This document shows positions 1 to 9,126 of a stretch of DNA of 50,217 nt, piece by piece. The stretch comes from an uncultured archaeon. Lineage in GTDB: Archaea; Asgardarchaeota; Heimdallarchaeia; Heimdallarchaeales; Kariarchaeaceae. Position numbers and translations under genes: made by a program. The notes below the pieces were generated by a model that saw nothing but the letters and a program-made list of their open reading frames with translations, ran no database searches and was not told the origin of the DNA. Positions within the stretch are counted from its first letter, which is position 1. Each line of letters opens with the position of its first letter. The DNA is taken from the NCBI GenBank assembly GCA_964645535.1, contig CAZYCQ010000019.1, positions 1 through 50,217 on the forward strand, given 5' to 3'.

Positions 1-1
1 G

Positions 2-184
2 AAGGAGAAACTGGTGGTCATTGTGGAGAAATACGAGAAGGTGGTGCAGCATCTCCGTGAGGCTGGTTATGATGAGGCGGATTTGGAGGAGCGTTTGGTT
101 GCATCCTTCCGTGATGCGGTCACCAACATGGAAATTGAAGAAGAAACTCCTGAAACTCCTCGGCATGCCCGTCGACGTCGTTGA
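2..184 (+). CDS. 3' end of a hypothetical protein (partial, runs off the window start)
   Basis: Frame 2 is open from the edge: KEKLVVIVEKYEKVVQHLREAGYDEADLEERLVASFRDAVTNMEIEEETPETPRHARRRR, stop TGA at 182-184. Confidence 0.6.
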   Translation, partial: KEKLVVIVEKYEKVVQHLREAGYDEADLEERLVASFRDAVTNMEIEEETPETPRHARRRR

Positions 185-259
185 ACTGTTTTTTGCTGAT
201 AAAATAATCTTGCAAAATTAGGAATTTCTGTCCATTCTTGCACAAAATGTTTTGAATGC

Positions 260-2335
260 ATGCTTGTTTTCCATCATATGGCAGAGTTCAATGTCTTCAG
301 GTCGATAGGGTTCACCCTTCTGGTTTTGGTGACCCTTTACTTCACCTTTCAGGCATTATATCAACTATATCGGCAACTCAAGCGAGGAAAACCCGCTCCT
401 GAACGCTGGGGTGATTTCGGCGAACGCATTCGATCCGTGCTGGTCTATGTGTTCGGTCAGAGGCGATTGCTTCGTCATCCGGCAGGTTTGGGTCACTTTG
501 TGATATTTTATGCCTTCATCTCCATCAATATTGTTGCGGCGGAGGTGTTTATCCGAGCCTATTTTCCAGAATTTTCTCTCAGTTTCCTCGGTGTTGGCTA
601 TGATTTCATTCTCTGGCTTGAGGACTGGCTGATCTTCTTTCTCATGATTGCACTTGCCTTGGGTCTGGCAAGGAGATACACGAACTCGGTTCGGATGGAA
701 GGGAGCAAGGGTCTTCGAAGGGACGCCATCATCATCATCTATGCAGTTGCCATCCATGCGACCTTTTCCGTCCTGCTTGAGGCTGCTGAGCTTGCAAGAG
801 GCGTCCATCCATGGATCACGGATCGTGGTCATTCGTTGGAGAGCTCTGCCATGGGACCCACTATCGCCTTGACAATTGGCCGATGGTTTGTCTCCCAAGG
901 CTTCAACCTGAATGTTTTGGAAAATCTTCTTTGGTGGGGTCATTCCCTTTCGGTCTTTCTCTTTTTGATTTACATTTTCGGGACACAGATTCGTGTACCT
1001 CGATTTTATCCTTCGAAGCATTTCCATATTGTTTCCGCTCCATTCAATGTATTTTTCCGGAATCTGAAACCGTCCGGTCGGTTGGTTCCTTTGGATTTCG
1101 AGGATGAAAGTATTGAGGAATACGGAATCAGCAAGGTTGAGGATTTCACTTGGAAGCAGATGTTGGATCTGTACAGCTGTACTGGCTGTGGTCGTTGCCA
1201 AGAGGTCTGTCCGGCATATATCAACGGCCAGCCTCTTTCTCCAAAATCGTTGATTCTTGATCTGAGGGAAAACCTTCTTGAAGTTGCCACCTTTGCACAT
1301 GACAATCCCGATGCGGAGATTCACTACAAGCATTTGGCAGGTGAGGTTATTCCTAAGGAAACGCTTTGGGCCTGTACTACCTGCAATGCCTGCCAAGTGG
1401 CCTGTCCTCTGTTCATCGAGCATATTGACAAGATCATCGATATGCGGCGGGAGCAGACCATGATGCAGAGTGAATTCCCTTCAGGTATCGACAAGATGTT
1501 CACCAATGTCGAACGGAACTCCAATCCTTGGGGTATTTCCAAGTCTGATCGTGATCTCTGGGCTGAAGGGCTCGGAGTCAAGACGATGAAGGAGAATCCT
1601 GATGCGGATCTGCTGTTCTGGGTTGGATGTGCAGGGTCATTTGACGAACGTGCAAAGAAGGTTTCCACAGCTCTTGTCAAGATTCTTCAGGCAGCGGGGA
1701 TTGATTTTGCCATTCTCGGGAAGGAAGAGAAATGTACCGGTGACCCCGTAAGGCGATTGGGAAATGAATTTCTTGCCCAAGAGCTTATCACGGAAAACGT
1801 GCAGCTTCTCAACTCATACGAAGTGAAGGAGATCATCACCTTCTGTCCCCACTGCTTCAATACCCTTGCCAATGAATTCCCTGATTTCGGAGGGATATAC
1901 CGGGTTTATCATGCCACAGACTACATCGCCAAACTACTGAGAACCGGAAAGCTTCCATTGAAGAAAGGTGATCCTGTCAAGTTGACCTATCATGATTCCT
2001 GTTATCTTGGTCGTCATAATGGAATATATTCCTCACCTCGGGAGATCCTCGATCACCTTGAAGGGGTTGAATTCGTTGAAATGGCCATGAACAAGGAAGT
2101 TGCCATGTGCTGCGGCGCAGGAGGCGGACGGATGTGGTTTGAGCAGGATGCCGGTGGTGAACAAATCAACAGAACCCGTGTTGCCATGGCTGCTGAGACT
2201 GGTGCTGATTACATTGGCGTTTCCTGTCCATTCTGTACTGCCATGCTTGAAGATGGCATCAAGAATACCGGGGCTGATCTGAAAGTGGTTGACTTGCTTG
2301 AATTGGTAGTCTCAAGACTTGACTCCTCTGAATGA
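260..2335 (+). CDS. Membrane-bound Fe-S oxidoreductase, FadF/HdrD-like (NarI-like TM region + 2x[4Fe-4S] + two CCG domains)
   Basis: Several N-terminal TM helices; CTGCGRCQEVCP and CTTCNACQVACP ferredoxin motifs; CCG-domain motifs WVGC..., EKCTG, CPHC, YHDSC, MCCGAGGG, CPFC. The start could be 278. Confidence 0.85.
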   Translation: MLVFHHMAEFNVFRSIGFTLLVLVTLYFTFQALYQLYRQLKRGKPAPERWGDFGERIRSVLVYVFGQRRLLRHPAGLGHFVIFYAFISINIVAAEVFIRAYFPEFSLSFLGVGYDFILWLEDWLIFFLMIALALGLARRYTNSVRMEGSKGLRRDAIIIIYAVAIHATFSVLLEAAELARGVHPWITDRGHSLESSAMGPTIALTIGRWFVSQGFNLNVLENLLWWGHSLSVFLFLIYIFGTQIRVPRFYPSKHFHIVSAPFNVFFRNLKPSGRLVPLDFEDESIEEYGISKVEDFTWKQMLDLYSCTGCGRCQEVCPAYINGQPLSPKSLILDLRENLLEVATFAHDNPDAEIHYKHLAGEVIPKETLWACTTCNACQVACPLFIEHIDKIIDMRREQTMMQSEFPSGIDKMFTNVERNSNPWGISKSDRDLWAEGLGVKTMKENPDADLLFWVGCAGSFDERAKKVSTALVKILQAAGIDFAILGKEEKCTGDPVRRLGNEFLAQELITENVQLLNSYEVKEIITFCPHCFNTLANEFPDFGGIYRVYHATDYIAKLLRTGKLPLKKGDPVKLTYHDSCYLGRHNGIYSSPREILDHLEGVEFVEMAMNKEVAMCCGAGGGRMWFEQDAGGEQINRTRVAMAAETGADYIGVSCPFCTAMLEDGIKNTGADLKVVDLLELVVSRLDSSE

Positions 2336-2401
2336 ACTGAACACAAATTCCTTGAATTTCGGTCAATAAAGCTTTTCAAGCTTGGCGTCCATATTATTGC
2401 G

Positions 2402-2698
2402 ATGAATTGCTGGGAATACATGAAATGCGGAAAGGAGAAAACCTGTCGGGCAGCGACATATAAGGCTGCTGATGGATTTCTTGGTGGAAAGAACGGAGGC
2501 AGGGCCTGTGCCTACATTGCCGGTTCATATTGCAACCCGGTACGCCATGGTGCACCAAAGGCTGAAATCTGTCGATCCTGTGATTTTTATAAGTTTCTGA
2601 AGGAGGAATACGGAAAAAGCATGAATATCCTTGCCTTTTCCCATTTCATTCAGGAAAAGGAATCAATCTCGCTTCCCCTTTACGAAATGGCTTCATAG
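2402..2698 (+). CDS. Small Cys-rich two-CW-domain-like protein
   Basis: MNCWEYMKCG...C...DGFLGGKNGGRAC.YIAGSYC...C..CDFY matches the two-CW domain pattern. Confidence 0.7.
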   Translation: MNCWEYMKCGKEKTCRAATYKAADGFLGGKNGGRACAYIAGSYCNPVRHGAPKAEICRSCDFYKFLKEEYGKSMNILAFSHFIQEKESISLPLYEMAS

Positions 2699-3709
2699 CT
2701 TGGTCACTTCGAGGATTCCATTTCCGAGATTTTTGACTTCCAAGCTTTCTGGCAGGATCTGATCAATCACATGCAGGTTAGCTTGGACATGATCCGTGTT
2801 CACGATTCTTGCGGAACTCCCTGATGGGGAAAATGTTAGCGGAACAAGGATTTGATCGCTGACATAAATGTCAAGGGCATCCTTGCTTGCATCGTTTGCC
2901 ATCAGGTCAGCTAGCTCCGCCCCTACCTTCTCTGCCGGTTTCCCCTTGGCTCCAAGGTTACTGTAGCCTTTCCTGAATTTTCCATTGTAGATCCCGATCA
3001 AGGCAGTACCGGGATCAGTATCCACATATTCTGAAATTTCCTCGATCTTTCCCTTCCAATGCTTTTTGAATCCTTGGATCTGTCTTTCTACAACCTTTGC
3101 CCGTTCAAGGGCTTTGCTTGCCAATGAAATGACCGTTGTCTTTTGGTCATCCGTGTCTTCCTCGAATCTGGGGACGCTGGTGATTTTATCTTTCCAGATC
3201 CTGAAGTGTCCCTTTGCTCCTCCTCGAGGATAGAAGCCCACCTTTTGCAGATCCATTTCAAACTTGACACCCATTTTTCCGAAATGGTATGCGGTGACTA
3301 TCTTGACTTCGTCCCAAGTTGGTGAGAAATTGGTGTGAGTTCCTCCTCCGGAAAATGTGCATTCAACCTCATTCCCACTAGCTGAGACATAGTTTTGAAC
3401 GATCTGCATGATTAGGGTGATGGATCCTGCTGTAGGAATACTGATTTGGTGATTTCTCCTTTTGTATGCCCTTGGCACCAAGGTGATTTGTTCACTTCCC
3501 ACTTCACCTCCCTGAAGTTCACCATTTACAACTGCGGTGATGAGCTTCAATCCAATGAGATGTTGTTGTCTTAAACCTGGATTTGCCCGTTTTTTTCTGA
3601 TATTGTATACCGTTATTTCCTTTCCAAGTGCGGCAGCAATCGGTACTGCCACGCGCAGAATTGAACCTCCTCCTTCGAATTGACTTCCATCTATGGATAT
3701 CTTTTCCAT
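2693..3709 (-). CDS. rtcA: RNA 3'-terminal phosphate cyclase
   Basis: IDGSQFEGGGSILR, NIRKKRANPGLRQQHL, GFYPRGG, GKPAEKVG, DQI and a His in TDHVQAN. Start moved to ATG 3709 because the longer ORF overlaps rps9. Confidence 0.9.
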   Translation of the reverse strand: MEKISIDGSQFEGGGSILRVAVPIAAALGKEITVYNIRKKRANPGLRQQHLIGLKLITAVVNGELQGGEVGSEQITLVPRAYKRRNHQISIPTAGSITLIMQIVQNYVSASGNEVECTFSGGGTHTNFSPTWDEVKIVTAYHFGKMGVKFEMDLQKVGFYPRGGAKGHFRIWKDKITSVPRFEEDTDDQKTTVISLASKALERAKVVERQIQGFKKHWKGKIEEISEYVDTDPGTALIGIYNGKFRKGYSNLGAKGKPAEKVGAELADLMANDASKDALDIYVSDQILVPLTFSPSGSSARIVNTDHVQANLHVIDQILPESLEVKNLGNGILEVTKL

Positions 3710-3747
3710 ACGTTTCGGTTTGTATATTTCACAAAAGGATGTTGATT

Positions 3748-4179
3748 CTAACGATATGATTTCTGGAACCGGGCGCGTGCTCCCCGTCCACCGGCCTTCT
3801 TTGGTTCGGTTCTGCGGATATCTCCGGAAAGCCACGTCCTGTCATAGTCATTGAACATGGCAGTAACTTGGGAGCTTCCATAGTATTCATTGAGAGCCCG
3901 TGCCAAGGCAATTTTAACTGCTTGGGCCTGTCCCATCCAACCTCCACCGAAGACCTTTGCCTTGATGTTGAGATTGTTCTTGTACAGATCCCCAAGTAGG
4001 ATGATGGGCTCCATCATGACTTTCTTGGCAAATTCGTTTGGCCATGTCTCAATGAGCTGCCCGTTCACCCTGAATTGCGGGTTACTGTCGGATTCCATGA
4101 TTCTTACTCTTGCAACAGCTGTTCTTCGCTTGCCAGATGCAAGAATGATTTTGTTCTTTTTGTCTCCTTTCTTCGCCAT
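3748..4179 (-). CDS. rps9: 30S ribosomal protein uS9
   Basis: SGKRRTAVARV, GGGWMGQAQA, C-terminal RRTEPKKAGGRGARARFQKSYR. Confidence 0.97.
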   Translation of the reverse strand: MAKKGDKKNKIILASGKRRTAVARVRIMESDSNPQFRVNGQLIETWPNEFAKKVMMEPIILLGDLYKNNLNIKAKVFGGGWMGQAQAVKIALARALNEYYGSSQVTAMFNDYDRTWLSGDIRRTEPKKAGGRGARARFQKSYR

Positions 4180-4183
4180 TCAA

Positions 4184-4624
4184 TCACCTGTCATGCGTCC
4201 AACCGATTTCACGTCCGATTTCCTCAAGGGTCATGAATTTTCGAGCAGTCTCCCTGAGTTTGGCCTGTTCAATGGTTGTGAATTCCTTGCCTTCAAGCTC
4301 TTCCGGCACGCCGATATAGGCTGACAATCTTCGGAAGGCCTCTCGTCCGCTGGTGGTCTTGTAGGGGAGCATTCCCCTTACAGTTCTCCTGACGATCCTG
4401 TCCGGGAATCTTGGGAAGAAGGGCCCTCTTCTGGGGTTGGTCAGTGTCCTTCTTCTTCTGAGGGTCAGGTATTTGTTCAGGATGAATCTCCTGTTACCGG
4501 TGACTACTGCCTTTTCGGCATTGACCACGACAACTTCCTTGCCTCCCATGATCATGGGTACGATTGCAGAGCTGAGTCTGCCAAGGATGAGTCCTGTTGC
4601 ATCAATGTAAACCTTTTCTGCCAT
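4184..4624 (-). CDS. rpl13: 50S ribosomal protein uL13
   Basis: IDATGLILGRLSS, VVNAEKAVVTG, NPRRGPFFPRFPDRIVRRTVRGMLPYK. Confidence 0.97.
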   Translation of the reverse strand: MAEKVYIDATGLILGRLSSAIVPMIMGGKEVVVVNAEKAVVTGNRRFILNKYLTLRRRRTLTNPRRGPFFPRFPDRIVRRTVRGMLPYKTTSGREAFRRLSAYIGVPEELEGKEFTTIEQAKLRETARKFMTLEEIGREIGWTHDR

Positions 4625-4638
4625 TTCCTTCTCACCTA

Positions 4639-4998
4639 TTATGCGATTATCCTGACCCTAGACCCTTTGGGGTTCTCCTCAACAAGGTCCATGATTTTGA
4701 TTGCCTTGCCGTTGGCAGCTGCAATCTTTTCTTGTGCTGATTTGCTGAATGCAACCGCAGCCACTGTAATGGGTCTGTCCAATTCACCGGATCCAAGAAC
4801 CTTGCCTGGAACCACAACGGCCTCGCCGTCCTTCGTGTATCTTGCGATTTTGCTTAGGTTGACCACAATTTTCCTGCGGCGTGGCCTTTGCAATTTCTTT
4901 GAAACTGTTCGCCAGATGGGAGCCTCATGTTTGTTCGCAGCGACTTTCAACGCCTTGATCAGGCTCGCAACAACTGGATTCTCTGGTAATCGATCCAT
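4639..4998 (-). CDS. rpl18e: 50S ribosomal protein eL18
   Basis: VNLSKIARY, VVVPGKVLGSG, FSKSAQEKI, NPKGS; standard position before uL13. Confidence 0.96.
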   Translation of the reverse strand: MDRLPENPVVASLIKALKVAANKHEAPIWRTVSKKLQRPRRRKIVVNLSKIARYTKDGEAVVVPGKVLGSGELDRPITVAAVAFSKSAQEKIAAANGKAIKIMDLVEENPKGSRVRIIA

Positions 4999-5055
4999 TC
5001 GTTACTCACATCCTGGAAGCGACTGCTTCCTTCCATTCTCCCTAAGGTGTGACCA

Positions 5056-5063
5056 TTTATAAA
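5056..5063 (-). promoter_or_regulatory. Putative TATA box (TTTATAAA) for the rpl18e-rpl13-rps9(-rtcA) operon
   Basis: Palindromic TTTATAAA about 60 nt upstream of the rpl18e ATG in the divergent rpl18e/rpoD gap. A second TTTAAA at 5125-5130 could serve rpoD. Confidence 0.45.
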
Positions 5064-5170
5064 CCCGATTTTAGTTTGCAAAACTGACCCTCTTTTTCGG
5101 CTCCCTGTTCTGAATCGACATTCCTTTAAATGGACTCTCTGAAATTTATTCAAGGACTAGGTGACTCGGT

Positions 5171-5995
5171 TTGATTGAAATAGAACGAATTGAAGTTGAT
5201 AATAGGGATGCCCTTAAATTCATCATCAAAGACACATTTCCGGCTTTTGTCAATGCCATCCGAAGGATCATTCTCCTCGACGTCCCCACCATTGCGATCG
5301 AGGATGTAATCATGATTGAGAACACAACTGCCATTTTCGATGAATACATTGCCCACCGGCTGGGAATGATCCCCCTGAACAGCGAAATTGATGACCTTTA
5401 CATGATTGACGAATGTCCCTCCTGTGAAGGAAAAGGTTGCAACATGTGCACTGTTTCCTTGACATTGACCCAGGAAACGGACAGGAACAATGAAAAAATG
5501 GTTTACAGCAGAGATCTTGATCCATTGGATCACCGAATCTATCCCATTCAGGATGAAATCCCAATCATGAAAATGGGGAAGGATCAACGGTTGATCCTGG
5601 AAGCCATAGCCCGATTCGGAACTGGAAGGGAACATGCCAAATGGCAACCTGTTGGAACCCTTGTATTCCGTTTCATGCCAAAAGTCAAGATCAAGTCAAA
5701 TGCAAAATTCAATCAAAAGATCCTTGAAAGTTGCCCCAAACAGAATTTCAGAGTTAAGAACAACAAGGTGGAGGTCAATAATGTCCTTGACGGCATCTGT
5801 GAGGAATGCCTGCACAATGGTTTTGAGGAAGGTTCCGTTGAGGTGGAGTATGACCGGTCAACCATCATATTTGAATTGGAAAGTACGGGTGCACTCATCC
5901 CAGAAAACATTGTATTGAAAGCTTCTGAAATCCTTGATCGGAAAATAGACGCATTTATTGAGGAATTTCAAAAAGTAGTATATGAAGAAACCTAA
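5171..5995 (+). CDS. rpoD: DNA-directed RNA polymerase subunit D (Rpo3)
   Basis: FVNAIRRIILLDVPTIAIEDV..ENT..FDEYIAHRLGMIPL, GTGREHAKWQP, ESTGAL; TTG start preceded by GGTGA. Confidence 0.95.
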   Translation: MIEIERIEVDNRDALKFIIKDTFPAFVNAIRRIILLDVPTIAIEDVIMIENTTAIFDEYIAHRLGMIPLNSEIDDLYMIDECPSCEGKGCNMCTVSLTLTQETDRNNEKMVYSRDLDPLDHRIYPIQDEIPIMKMGKDQRLILEAIARFGTGREHAKWQPVGTLVFRFMPKVKIKSNAKFNQKILESCPKQNFRVKNNKVEVNNVLDGICEECLHNGFEEGSVEVEYDRSTIIFELESTGALIPENIVLKASEILDRKIDAFIEEFQKVVYEET

Positions 5996-6261
5996 AATTC
6001 AATCATTCCTTCCTCTACGGTATCCGACATGAATTTGAAGAAGGGCACTCCTATCAATAATGCTGCAGAGATGATCGACCCCATCAAAATCAATATTCCT
6101 GTTTGATCCACTCTTGTGAACCCGTTTTGGTTGAAATTGTAGAATAGGAACATTAGCCCTTGGGCAAACAGTGTTGCCGAAAGGTAAGCTCCAGGTATCG
6201 CCAAAATGGTGAAAAGTAAGCCGTTTTTGAAAGCGCTTCCGAAAGGTGCCATAACCATCAC
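5992..6261 (-). CDS. Small hypothetical membrane protein (2 TM)
   Basis: Two hydrophobic segments; fills the gap between rpoD and rpl38e. Confidence 0.6.
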   Translation of the reverse strand: MMVMAPFGSAFKNGLLFTILAIPGAYLSATLFAQGLMFLFYNFNQNGFTRVDQTGILILMGSIISAALLIGVPFFKFMSDTVEEGMIEF

Positions 6262-6374
6262 TCTTTGATTTTTATAATTTTGTTACTTCCTTTGGATATT
6301 TAATTCTTTTCCAATTAATTCAGGTTCCTGTGCCTTAAGTGAGGTTTTTTATTCAATCTTGAGAAGAGGGGAAC

Positions 6375-6593
6375 ATGCCCAAGGAAATTTCTCCAGATGA
6401 AGTCAATGAAGACCTTATAAAAAGAACATCACGGATCACTGCTGTGCGAAGTGGGAATAAGATCAAGTATAAGCTCCGGACTCCTCGGAACCTCTATACG
6501 GTGGTCTTCTCGGAGGAGGCACAGGCCGAAGATCTCATCAAGCTTGCCAACCAATACAATGTGGAAATCGAAAGCATCAGCGTCAGAAAATAA
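6375..6593 (+). CDS. rpl38e: 50S ribosomal protein eL38
   Basis: MPKEI...KIKYKLRTPRNLYTVV resembles eL38 MP.KI...KFKVRCSRYLYTLV; 72 aa. Confidence 0.8.
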   Translation: MPKEISPDEVNEDLIKRTSRITAVRSGNKIKYKLRTPRNLYTVVFSEEAQAEDLIKLANQYNVEIESISVRK

Positions 6594-6670
6594 GATGCTT
6601 TTCTTCTCAAATCGATTGATTGATCTGCTAATAGTATAAATACTAAAATACGTAAACATTCATTAGGGAT

Positions 6671-6997
6671 TTGAAAATGCTCTCTCGAGGAAACTTTACG
6701 CAGATTTTGGATTCACTTATGAGTCATAAAGGGGTATATGCAGTAGTGATAGCCAGTGCAGAAGGCTTTCCACTCACCTTCAGGTCAAGGGATGGAAATT
6801 TCTCTGCCGATGACGCTGAACGAACCGCCGCACTTTTTTCAGCATTGGTTGGTCGGGCTCAAAATGCCGTAAGACAAATTGATCGTGGTGAAGTCAATTT
6901 TTTCACTATCGATATTACTACAGGTGAGATTCTTGTGGCATTGGAAGATGAATATGTCGTGATCGCAATCCGAGACAAAAAGGCGAATCCGGTCTGA
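6671..6997 (+). CDS. Roadblock/LC7 domain protein (MglB-like)
   Basis: GVYAVVIASAEGFPL...AERTAALFSAL...GEVNFFTI...GEILV; about 108 aa; directly upstream of a small GTPase. Confidence 0.85.
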   Translation: MKMLSRGNFTQILDSLMSHKGVYAVVIASAEGFPLTFRSRDGNFSADDAERTAALFSALVGRAQNAVRQIDRGEVNFFTIDITTGEILVALEDEYVVIAIRDKKANPV

Positions 6998-7127
6998 TAG
7001 AATAAGCCACAAAATTCTCAAGTTTTTTTGTTCTGCGAAAATGTGGATGAAGTAAATCATAAGTATTAACTATGATTAAATCAATTAGTCATAGGAAGAT
7101 ACTCTTTCTTCACGGAGTGCAAAAATT

Positions 7128-7697
7128 ATGCGTAAGGATGCCAAGGGAAGAATTCATTTCAAGATCGTTTTTACAGGATCAAGCCTCGCAGGAAAAACCA
7201 CCTTGCTCAAATACCTCCATGACCAAGTGGAAGGCTTGATCAAAGGAGGACTCACCTCGATTGCGGATCCTTCCGGAAGGACTGTATATTTTGATTTTTC
7301 ACCATTTTCTGCCACCAATAACGTCCTTTTTGACGTATACACGGTTGCTGGGCAAAGAAGGCATAGGGATCAAAGGAAAATGATCCTGAGGGGTGTTGAT
7401 GGAATCGTCTTTGTTGCCGATTCAAACCCCGAAATGCTTGAACATAATGTCGAGGCAGCACAGGAATTAAGGGAATTCATGGGTGACAAACTTGGAACAG
7501 AAATTCCGTTGGTCATCGTACTCAATAAACGAGATCTTCCCAACGCCATGCCCCGTGAAGAATTGCTCAAGGCATTGGGGTTTGATCCCCAAACCTTGGC
7601 GATCAATACTATCGCTACCAAAGGGGTAGGTGTCAAACAGGCTTTCCAAGCCGTTTCCAGAGAAATCATCATGCGCACCATGTACAATCAGATCTAG
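7128..7697 (+). CDS. MglA-like small GTPase
   Basis: G1 GSSLAGKTT, switch I GRTVYFDF, G3 variant TVAGQ, LRGVDGIVFVADS, G4 NKRD, G5-like ATKG. Confidence 0.88.
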   Translation: MRKDAKGRIHFKIVFTGSSLAGKTTLLKYLHDQVEGLIKGGLTSIADPSGRTVYFDFSPFSATNNVLFDVYTVAGQRRHRDQRKMILRGVDGIVFVADSNPEMLEHNVEAAQELREFMGDKLGTEIPLVIVLNKRDLPNAMPREELLKALGFDPQTLAINTIATKGVGVKQAFQAVSREIIMRTMYNQI

Positions 7698-7755
7698 TTA
7701 CAAGGAATGAATTGGTATCCAAAGAAAGAAAAATGGCTGTTGATTCAATGATTCA

Positions 7756-9003
7756 ATGGCGGACTCGGAATTTATCACAGAAGTCAGGCAGTTAAGGGAT
7801 ACGATCGAAAAAGAGGCAGGAAACGAGCTTTCAAAAGAAAGGAGAAAATTGGGAGATAAATTCCTTAAGAACATTGAAAAGCACCTTAACGATATGATGG
7901 AAATTGCAGAAGAATTCCGGGTCCCAAATGTGGAGTCCAATGATACCAGTGCTGTTGAAAAATACAGCCACAAAATCTATGAAGGTGTTGTGGAGACATT
8001 AAAGCAACTTGACCCCCCCGAAAAAATAACATTGCAATCTGTCAACCGATATCTCGATACCATTCAAAAGGAACTGGAAAATCTCACGAAAAATGTCTTC
8101 AGCAAATATATCAAGCTCCTTGATCGAAAATATGGAAAACGGGTCAAGTCACTTGATAAGGCTTATCTGCGAATCTTCAAGGATTTGGAAGAAACCCGGA
8201 AATTCCTTGTCAACAAATATAATCCAAAAGCTTCCATTGAAGAGGGACTATGGATACTTGATGACATCCTCGATTTGGAAAAGAGATACCTTCAAGTTAT
8301 TGAAGAATTGAAAATGGAGGAGCAGACCATCAACAAGCTTCAGAATCAGATTGATTCCATCATGAAAGAGATTGCAGAACTTGAAAACTCCCCTCTCTTC
8401 CACAAGAAAAAAACAGTGGACGAAGCTTTCAGCCAAATGCAAAAAGAACTTGACAACTATTTGACCGAGATCCGCAAAGCCCTCCGAAAATTCATCAACA
8501 AATCCTCAAAAAGCAAAGATAAAATAGATGTATCCCTCGCCAAAGAAATTGTAACCGATGCCGCAAGTGCATTTGCCAAGCAATCATCCGTGACTGGATT
8601 GAAAACCATTTTCTCGGACATCATGAACCTGCTCGAAAGCAACGAAATCGAGATGAAACGCGATAAGAAAAACACAGCAATCGATAATCTCAAAGAATTG
8701 CTTGACGGTAAACTGGAAGAGATTTGGGAGAAGAGCAGAAAACTCATGGAGGATAAGACGGGCATTGCCAAAGAAATTGAAGAAAAAGATATTGAAGGCA
8801 AGATCGCCAAACTCACCAATACCCTTGAGGGGGCAAAAAGAGATATGCAACGAATCGTTGAACGCAAGCTTCGTGAAGCTGAAAAAATTCAGGACGAAAT
8901 CAAGAAACTAACTGAAAAACTTGAAATGAACACAGGTCACCATTTGAAGACATCACTTCCCCCCCTTCCTGAATTTGTGGAAAAAACCAAGTCATCCAAC
9001 TGA
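7756..9003 (+). CDS. Long coiled-coil hypothetical protein
   Basis: 415 aa, K/E/L-rich heptad-like sequence, no enzymatic motif seen. Confidence 0.75.
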   Translation: MADSEFITEVRQLRDTIEKEAGNELSKERRKLGDKFLKNIEKHLNDMMEIAEEFRVPNVESNDTSAVEKYSHKIYEGVVETLKQLDPPEKITLQSVNRYLDTIQKELENLTKNVFSKYIKLLDRKYGKRVKSLDKAYLRIFKDLEETRKFLVNKYNPKASIEEGLWILDDILDLEKRYLQVIEELKMEEQTINKLQNQIDSIMKEIAELENSPLFHKKKTVDEAFSQMQKELDNYLTEIRKALRKFINKSSKSKDKIDVSLAKEIVTDAASAFAKQSSVTGLKTIFSDIMNLLESNEIEMKRDKKNTAIDNLKELLDGKLEEIWEKSRKLMEDKTGIAKEIEEKDIEGKIAKLTNTLEGAKRDMQRIVERKLREAEKIQDEIKKLTEKLEMNTGHHLKTSLPPLPEFVEKTKSSN

Positions 9004-9126
9004 ATCAAGCTGTGTCTTCCTCAATATCTTTTCCTTTTCCGTCTTATTCCTCTAATGAATGGGGAATCGTTTTTATAGGGTAGGTTTTCGGTATTATATA
9101 ACCATAAAATAATGGTTGGGATACCA

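Noticed and set aside
365-1423. 352-aa antisense ORF and many other shadow ORFs opposite recognised genes (e.g. 12486-13145, 24626-25249, 32797-33408)
   Set aside because: They are fully nested antisense to motif-supported genes and show no recognisable domains.
3710-3835. 42-aa N-terminal extension of rtcA in the ORF track
   Set aside because: It overlaps rps9 in another frame; homology begins at ATG 3709.
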